A stretch of 32,000 bases of DNA from Candidatus Altimarinota bacterium. Lineage in GTDB: Bacteria > Patescibacteriota > Gracilibacteria > UBA1369. Position 1 is the first letter of the stretch, and each line of letters opens with the position of its first letter. The notes below the pieces were generated by a model, which did no database searches, was not told the origin of the DNA, and was given only the letters and a program-made list of their open reading frames with translations. Shown here in pieces: positions 26,759-32,000 of the stretch. Made by a program: the position numbers and the translations under genes. The stretch spans positions 24,750-56,749 of the forward strand of contig JBAZYK010000012.1 of NCBI GenBank assembly GCA_041659405.1. The letters run 5' to 3'.

Positions 26759-27539
26759 TTAGGTGAAATATTTAAGAAAATTTATATGCTCGAACTCCAG
26801 AGACTGTTAATCAAAGATAATCAAAATAATTTATTCAGAATTTTGCAATTTGGGCCTGGACTAGACGAGAAAAATGAACCATATGTCAAAATCTGTTTTC
26901 CATATTTTGACAACACCAGGCTGTATAAAATGGATCAGCCAGGAAAAGTTAAAGACAACCTACTTAGCGAATTTACGCCAGAATATATAAGTATAAATGA
27001 ATTTACATACCACTATGAATCAGGTGTATCACATTTTAAATTCAACAATAGTCATACCAAACAGAATAAAAAGTTACCGACAATAAAATCAAAAGTTCCT
27101 CTGCATTTACTAACAATCTATATATTTGATTTAAATTCTGTCCCAAAATTCACAAAAAAAATAGGAAAACTAGATTTTGCCTTACCAAACGCATTCAATG
27201 TCAACAATGGTAGAATGATTGATATCTATATTAGGCAACTTACCATTACCCCAGAGATAGAAGATAAATCTGAAATAAATTATTTTGATAAATACGAATT
27301 TGAAGATAACAATTTAAAAATAGGACTCTCATTAATAGACTATGAATTCAAAACTAAACCCCAAAATACAGGAATAATAGTTAGTAGACCTAGCGATCCA
27401 CATGCAAAATTTTCTTAAATACATCACTTAACACGCAATTTGCGGCTCCGCTCCTTCGGTCGCTACGCCCATATTTGGCGCTGGTGTAGCACTGCGTGCT
27501 AAAATTATACCAGCGCCAAACATCGCAAAGTGCGGGACG
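26759..27539 (+). mobile_element. Putative integron-type gene cassette, 781 bp
   Basis: GTTAGGT core at 26758-26764, one ORF (26786..27418), attC-like site right after the stop ending in GTTAGCT at 27539-27545. Confidence 0.5.
26786..27418 (+). CDS. Hypothetical protein, putative cassette cargo
   Basis: 210-aa A/T-rich ORF, no recognised family. Confidence 0.7.
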   Translation: MLELQRLLIKDNQNNLFRILQFGPGLDEKNEPYVKICFPYFDNTRLYKMDQPGKVKDNLLSEFTPEYISINEFTYHYESGVSHFKFNNSHTKQNKKLPTIKSKVPLHLLTIYIFDLNSVPKFTKKIGKLDFALPNAFNVNNGRMIDIYIRQLTITPEIEDKSEINYFDKYEFEDNNLKIGLSLIDYEFKTKPQNTGIIVSRPSDPHAKFS

Positions 27540-27545
27540 TTAGCT
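27426..27545 (+). repeat. attC-like recombination site (120 nt imperfect inverted structure)
   Basis: ACTTAAC...GCAATTTGCG ... TTTGGCGCTGGT/ACCAGCGCCAAA ... CGCAAAGTGC...GTTAGCT with inner hairpin TAGCAC-TGC-GTGCTA. Confidence 0.55.
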
Positions 27546-27619
27546 GACATATTCCTTTTCTTTTAATTCTAGAGGGGTATAACGAATACAATACAAAACG
27601 ATAAATTGAAAAATTCACT

Positions 27620-29194
27620 ATGACAAATGTAAATACAACTAAAGAGCAAGAACGTTCAGAATTGCACCGTGCTATTTGGCAGATTGCCAATGATCTGCGA
27701 GGAAGCGTAGACGGCTGGGACTTCAAGCAGTATGTGCTGGGAATACTTTTCTATAGATTTATTAGCGAAAATCTAACTAACTATATTAACTTTGATGAAC
27801 GTCGAGCCGGTAAAAAAGATTTTGACTACGCTACGCTTACCAATAAAGAAGCCGAATTTGGCCGTTCAGACACGGTAAAAGAAAAAGGTTTCTATATTTT
27901 ACCAAGTGAACTTTTTGTAAATGTCAGAAGGAATGCCCGCAATGACGCCAACCTCAACGAAACTCTTACTGCTGTATTCCGTAATATTGAAAATTCAGCA
28001 AAAGGTACAGACAGTGAATCTGATATCAAAGGTCTTTTTGATGACCTTGATGTAAATTCAAATAAACTGGGTGCCACTGTAGAAAAAAGAAATCAACGCC
28101 TTACAAAACTTTTTGAATCTATCGGGGACCTTCGACTTGGGAATTACTACGATAATACTATAGACGCTTTTGGTGATGCATATGAGTTTCTGATGACCAT
28201 GTATGCCGCAAACGCAGGAAAGTCAGGAGGTGAATTTTTCACACCACAGGAAGTTAGTGAGCTTCTTGCTGAAATCACAACAGTCGGCAAGAAAGAAGTT
28301 AACAAAGTCTATGATCCAGCCTGTGGATCTGGCTCTTTGCTCCTCAAGTTTGTCAAAGTCCTCGGTAAGGAGAATGTAAGGCAAGGATTTTTTGGACAGG
28401 AAATAAATCTAACTATCTACAACCTCTGCCGTATCAACATGTTCTTGCACGACATCAACTACAATAATTTTGATATTGCTCACGGCGATACCCTTATGGA
28501 TCCGAAACATTGGGACGACGAGCCGTTTGACGCCATCGTTTCCAATCCGCCATATTCTATTCATTGGGAGGGCGACGCGAACCCGCTCCTTATCAACGAT
28601 CCGCGTTTTTCTCCGGCTGGAGTACTTGCGCCAAAGAGCAAGGCTGATCTCGCGTTCACGATGCACATGCTCAGTTGGCTTTCTACCAGTGGCACGGCGG
28701 CGATTGTTGAGTTCCCCGGCGTTCTCTATCGTGGTGGCGCGGAGGGTAAAATAAGAAAATATCTAGTAGACAATAATTATGTCGATGCGGTTATCCAGCT
28801 TCCGCCCGACCTCTTTTTTGGTACTACCATCGCCACCTGTATCATCGTGCTCAAAAAGAGCAAGAAAGATAACAAAACACTTTTTATAGATGCCTCTGCC
28901 GAGTTTGTCCGTGGCGGTAACAAAAACAAATTGAGCGAGATAAATCGTAAAAAGATTTTGGACGCTTTCACCACCCGTCAAGATGCGGAGTACTTTGCCA
29001 AGCTCGTTGATAATAAAACTATTGCCGAGAACGACTACAATATCGCCGTATCCAGTTATGTGGTGGGCGAGGATACTCGCGAAGTAGTGGACATAACCAC
29101 TCTCAATACAAAAATCGCCAAGATTGTTGCAAGACAAAATGAACTCCGCACCGCGATTGATGAAATTGTAGCGGATATTGAAGGAACTAACTAA
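27620..29194 (+). CDS. hsdM: Type I restriction-modification system methyltransferase subunit
   Basis: N-terminal LHRAIWQIANDLRGSVDGWDFKQYVLGILFYRFISENL; GEFFTPQEVSELLAEI; YDPACGSGSLLL; NPPY motif in FDAIVSNPPYSIHW. Confidence 0.98.
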   Translation: MTNVNTTKEQERSELHRAIWQIANDLRGSVDGWDFKQYVLGILFYRFISENLTNYINFDERRAGKKDFDYATLTNKEAEFGRSDTVKEKGFYILPSELFVNVRRNARNDANLNETLTAVFRNIENSAKGTDSESDIKGLFDDLDVNSNKLGATVEKRNQRLTKLFESIGDLRLGNYYDNTIDAFGDAYEFLMTMYAANAGKSGGEFFTPQEVSELLAEITTVGKKEVNKVYDPACGSGSLLLKFVKVLGKENVRQGFFGQEINLTIYNLCRINMFLHDINYNNFDIAHGDTLMDPKHWDDEPFDAIVSNPPYSIHWEGDANPLLINDPRFSPAGVLAPKSKADLAFTMHMLSWLSTSGTAAIVEFPGVLYRGGAEGKIRKYLVDNNYVDAVIQLPPDLFFGTTIATCIIVLKKSKKDNKTLFIDASAEFVRGGNKNKLSEINRKKILDAFTTRQDAEYFAKLVDNKTIAENDYNIAVSSYVVGEDTREVVDITTLNTKIAKIVARQNELRTAIDEIVADIEGTN

Positions 29195-29199
29195 AAACT

Positions 29200-30225
29200 A
29201 TGAAACAAGAAAATTCACAAAATCAGATAATTATTTACGAAGGCGATGGTGGTCAGCTGAGGATTGAGGTGCAAGTTGAGAATGAAACCGTCTGGCTCAC
29301 CCAATCCCAAATGGTGGAGCTTTTTCAATCCAGTAAAGCGAATGTTAGCGAACATGTTAAGCATATTTTTGAAGAGGGTGAACTTGGGCGAGATTCAGTT
29401 GTTCGGAAATTCCGAACAACTGCCGCAGACGGCAAAAACTACGAGATTGAGCACTATAATCTGGATATGATTATATCGCTTGGCTATCGTATTAAGTCAT
29501 CAATTGCCACCCAATTCCGCCAATGGGCAACCGCAAGACTTCGGGAGTATGTCGTCAAAGGCTTCACCATGGATGATGATCGTCTGAAGGGCAACGGTGG
29601 CGGTCAATACTGGAAAGAACTTCTTGATCGCATTCGCGATATTCGCAGTAGCGAGAAGGTGCTTTATCGGCAAATTTTGGATTTGTATGCAACTGCTATG
29701 GATTACGATCCAAAAGCAAACGAGTCTTTGAGTTTTTTTCAAATTGTTCAAAACAAGCTTCATTTTGCGGCTCATGGTCATACGGCGGCAGAAGTGATTT
29801 ATTTGCGAGTGGATTCAGATAAGCCATTCGCAGGGCTTACAAATTTCAGGGGAAATCAACCGACTCAAGCCGAAGCAATGGTCGCCAAAAATTTTTTAGA
29901 ATTAAGTGAACTCAAAATTTTAAACAATCTCGTTTCAGCATATTTTGATTTGGCTGAAATCAATGCCCTAGAAGAAAAACCCATGAAAATGGCGGATTAT
30001 ATCCGTGAACTGGATAATATTCTAAAATCCGCAGGAAGAAAACTTTTGAGCGATGCCGGAAAGATAGGCCATGAGAAGGCCACAGAAAAAGCCACTCTGG
30101 AATACCGCAAGTACAAGGCGAAGAATCTGAGCGAGGTGGAAAAAGATTATTTGGAAGCAATTAAAGCCGTGGAGAAAAAAGTTGAGAAGAAAGTGAAAAC
30201 TGAAAAATTTGATAATAAAAAATAA
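29200..30225 (+). CDS. RhuM-family protein
   Basis: GDGGQLRIEVQVENETVWLTQSQMVELFQSSKANVSEHVKHIFEEGEL...VVRKFRTTAADGKNYEIEHYNLDMIISLGYRIKSSIATQFRQWATARLREYVVKGFTMDD. Confidence 0.95.
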   Translation: MKQENSQNQIIIYEGDGGQLRIEVQVENETVWLTQSQMVELFQSSKANVSEHVKHIFEEGELGRDSVVRKFRTTAADGKNYEIEHYNLDMIISLGYRIKSSIATQFRQWATARLREYVVKGFTMDDDRLKGNGGGQYWKELLDRIRDIRSSEKVLYRQILDLYATAMDYDPKANESLSFFQIVQNKLHFAAHGHTAAEVIYLRVDSDKPFAGLTNFRGNQPTQAEAMVAKNFLELSELKILNNLVSAYFDLAEINALEEKPMKMADYIRELDNILKSAGRKLLSDAGKIGHEKATEKATLEYRKYKAKNLSEVEKDYLEAIKAVEKKVEKKVKTEKFDNKK

Positions 30226-31732
30226 TTTTATGACAACAATTATTAAATACGGTGATTCAGAAAATGAAAGAATAGAATTTAATACAAAAAACGCTTCTAT
30301 TATCGGGGGAAACGGTTCAGGTAAGTCGTCATTGATGCGAAAGATTAAATTACAGAATTCTAGTTTTACAATTATTTCTGCTCATAAAAACTTAACAATA
30401 AAACAAGGTATATACAAAGGGAACGAGGATAATTGGCTAACTCAAAATAAATCTCATTATAAGAGTCCAACAACTGGTGATACCAGCGTCCCAGCAGATA
30501 ATAATAGTGTACAAGATGATTTTAATCAGATGATTGAAATCATTTTTAGGGATTACAACAACGAATCGGTTGAAGCTTTAAACGCAGGGAAAACACTTTC
30601 TGAAATAACTAGAAAATTAGATAAAATTGTTAGCGTTTGGAACTCAATATTCACCGATAAAATACTCTTGTATAAAGATAAAAAAATTAAAGTGCAAGTT
30701 GCTGGAGAAGAAACATTCTATGATATCGAAAATCTTTCCGATGGAGAAAGAACTGCTTTATATGTACTAATTAAACTTGTCTTAGCCGATTCAAGTCCTA
30801 CTATTGTCATAGATGAGCCTGAAACTTTTCTTAATCCAGCTATCCTGAACCAGTTATTTGATGAGTGCGAAAAAATTAATAGTGGATCAAATTTCATATA
30901 CTTTAGTCATGATTTAGAATTTGTCACCACAAGAAAGGATAATACTATTTTTTGGATTAAAGAATATAAGCATCCTCATACATGGAAAATCTTGCCTACT
31001 GATCCCGCAGATATACCAGAAGAATTGATTGTCAAGGTGGTTGGGGCAAAGAAACAAAAAATCTTATTTGTTGAATCTGCAAATAACAAAGACGCACAAC
31101 TTTATCAGCTTCTTTATCCAGATTTTAAAATTTGGGCAGTTGGAGGATGTGAAAATGTAATAAACTACACAAAAGCTTTTAATTCTCGAACGGAAAAATT
31201 TAACAAGGAATATTTCGGATTGATTGATCGAGATCTGAAATCCGATGTGCAGGTTGCTACTCTAGTGAGTGATAAGATTTTCTGTTTGCCTGTCGCTGTT
31301 TATGAAAATTTATTCCTAAATAAGGAGATCATTAAGTTTGTCTTCACATATTTGGGTAAAACAGATTTTGATGTAAAGTTTGCAGAATTAGAAACCGAAG
31401 TTAAAGGAAAAGTTCTTGATGATAATTTTAAGCTCGGATACAAAAAATCGAAAGTCCAACAACTCTTCAATCAGGAAATGGAAGCAATCGCAAAAGGAGA
31501 GAGACAATTTGTGCCAGATCTTTCTGTGTACGAGGTAGAAATAGTAACCCTTGGAGCAGATACTTACGAAAATATCTTAAGGTCATTCAATCAGAAAAAC
31601 TTGAAAGGATGCGTTGCAAAATTAAATACAAATTGGTTTGATTGGCAAAATCAAGTTTTGAATATTTTTAATACAGATAAGTCTGATGAATTTCGTACAG
31701 AGTTTTTAAAGTTCATGCCTGAAATAAAATAA
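30209..31732 (+). CDS. ABC-type AAA ATPase fused to DUF4435/TOPRIM-like domain; PARIS-like (AriA-AriB fusion-like) defence protein
   Basis: Walker A GGNGSGKSSLMRKI, signature LSDGERTALYVLI, Walker B PTIVIDEPETFLNP, H-loop FSHDLEFV; then KILFVESANNKDAQLYQLLYPDFKIWAVGGCENVINYTKAF...YFGLIDRDLKS...VYENLFL. Start may be ATG at 30230. Confidence 0.8.
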   Translation: MIIKNNFMTTIIKYGDSENERIEFNTKNASIIGGNGSGKSSLMRKIKLQNSSFTIISAHKNLTIKQGIYKGNEDNWLTQNKSHYKSPTTGDTSVPADNNSVQDDFNQMIEIIFRDYNNESVEALNAGKTLSEITRKLDKIVSVWNSIFTDKILLYKDKKIKVQVAGEETFYDIENLSDGERTALYVLIKLVLADSSPTIVIDEPETFLNPAILNQLFDECEKINSGSNFIYFSHDLEFVTTRKDNTIFWIKEYKHPHTWKILPTDPADIPEELIVKVVGAKKQKILFVESANNKDAQLYQLLYPDFKIWAVGGCENVINYTKAFNSRTEKFNKEYFGLIDRDLKSDVQVATLVSDKIFCLPVAVYENLFLNKEIIKFVFTYLGKTDFDVKFAELETEVKGKVLDDNFKLGYKKSKVQQLFNQEMEAIAKGERQFVPDLSVYEVEIVTLGADTYENILRSFNQKNLKGCVAKLNTNWFDWQNQVLNIFNTDKSDEFRTEFLKFMPEIK

Positions 31733-31734
31733 TT

Positions 31735-31914
31735 ATGACTAACCACCAATCAAGAATCGAAAAACTAATTTCTGAACTCTGCCCGAATGGGGTGGAGATT
31801 TTAACCGTGAATGAAACTTGTTCAATTAGGATTGGTGACAGACTTGAAAAAAGTGCAATGTCAAATGATGGTAACACCCCTTTCCAAGATTTCGAGAGTG
31901 CGAGACGGATTTGA
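31735..31914 (+). pseudogene. hsdS: Truncated type I specificity subunit N-terminus
   Basis: MTNHQSRIEKLISELCPNGVEILTVNETCSIRIGDRLEKSAMSNDGNTPFQDFESARRI* : HsdS-like start, then loss of similarity and a stop. Confidence 0.7.
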
Positions 31915-32000
31915 TATTGAGGGAAAGAGAAAAAACAGGTTTTAAGCCACAACAAAAAGAGGGATGATGAAAGATGACTAAATCATCACCATTCCCTCCA

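Noticed and set aside
27892-29137. Antisense ORFs within hsdM (27892..28077, 28409..28666, 28763..29137, 28777..28974).
   Set aside because: Located entirely opposite a well-supported hsdM reading frame.
1-32000. CRISPR array or recoded (UGA=Gly) genetic code.
   Set aside because: No regularly spaced 20-40 nt repeats seen. Genes such as argG, ychF and the tRNA neighbourhood read through full length with standard stops, and several genes end in TGA at expected C-termini.

Overview
The window looks like a mixed metabolic/accessory segment of an uncultivated bacterium. It reads as Patescibacteria/CPR-like, which is an inference from gene content and many orphan proteins. It uses the standard genetic code. 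Recognisable genes: GIY-YIG nuclease, Cys/Met-type PLP enzyme, glycosyltransferase, ORF6N-domain protein, two TrmB-like regulators, flippase, C39-like peptidase, cold-shock protein, threonine-synthase-like + argG + argH operon, PLD-family enzyme, NUDIX protein, cupredoxin, cdaA-ybbR, ychF, a HisA-like protein, and a type I restriction-modification locus (hsdM, rhuM-like, AAA+DUF4435 PARIS-like protein, broken hsdS). Two tRNAs are present: Gly-GCC and Phe-GAA. The most interesting signals are mostly non-coding: (1) a ~570-nt ORF-less transcript unit (20311-20916) with a near-consensus promoter, a 23-bp GU-containing stem, UUCG and GNRA tetraloop hairpins, an 11-nt long-range pairing and a 3' terminator-like hairpin; (2) an 86-nt hairpin (19044-19129) with three tandem G.A motifs; (3) an apparent single integron-type gene cassette (26759-27539) with a 120-nt attC-like site; (4) a PARIS-like AAA+TOPRIM protein inside the type I RM operon; (5) an orphan HisA homologue in which both catalytic aspartates appear replaced; (6) a motif placed at nearly constant distance upstream of the -10 boxes of three island genes. 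All structures and homologies were read by eye and need computational confirmation.
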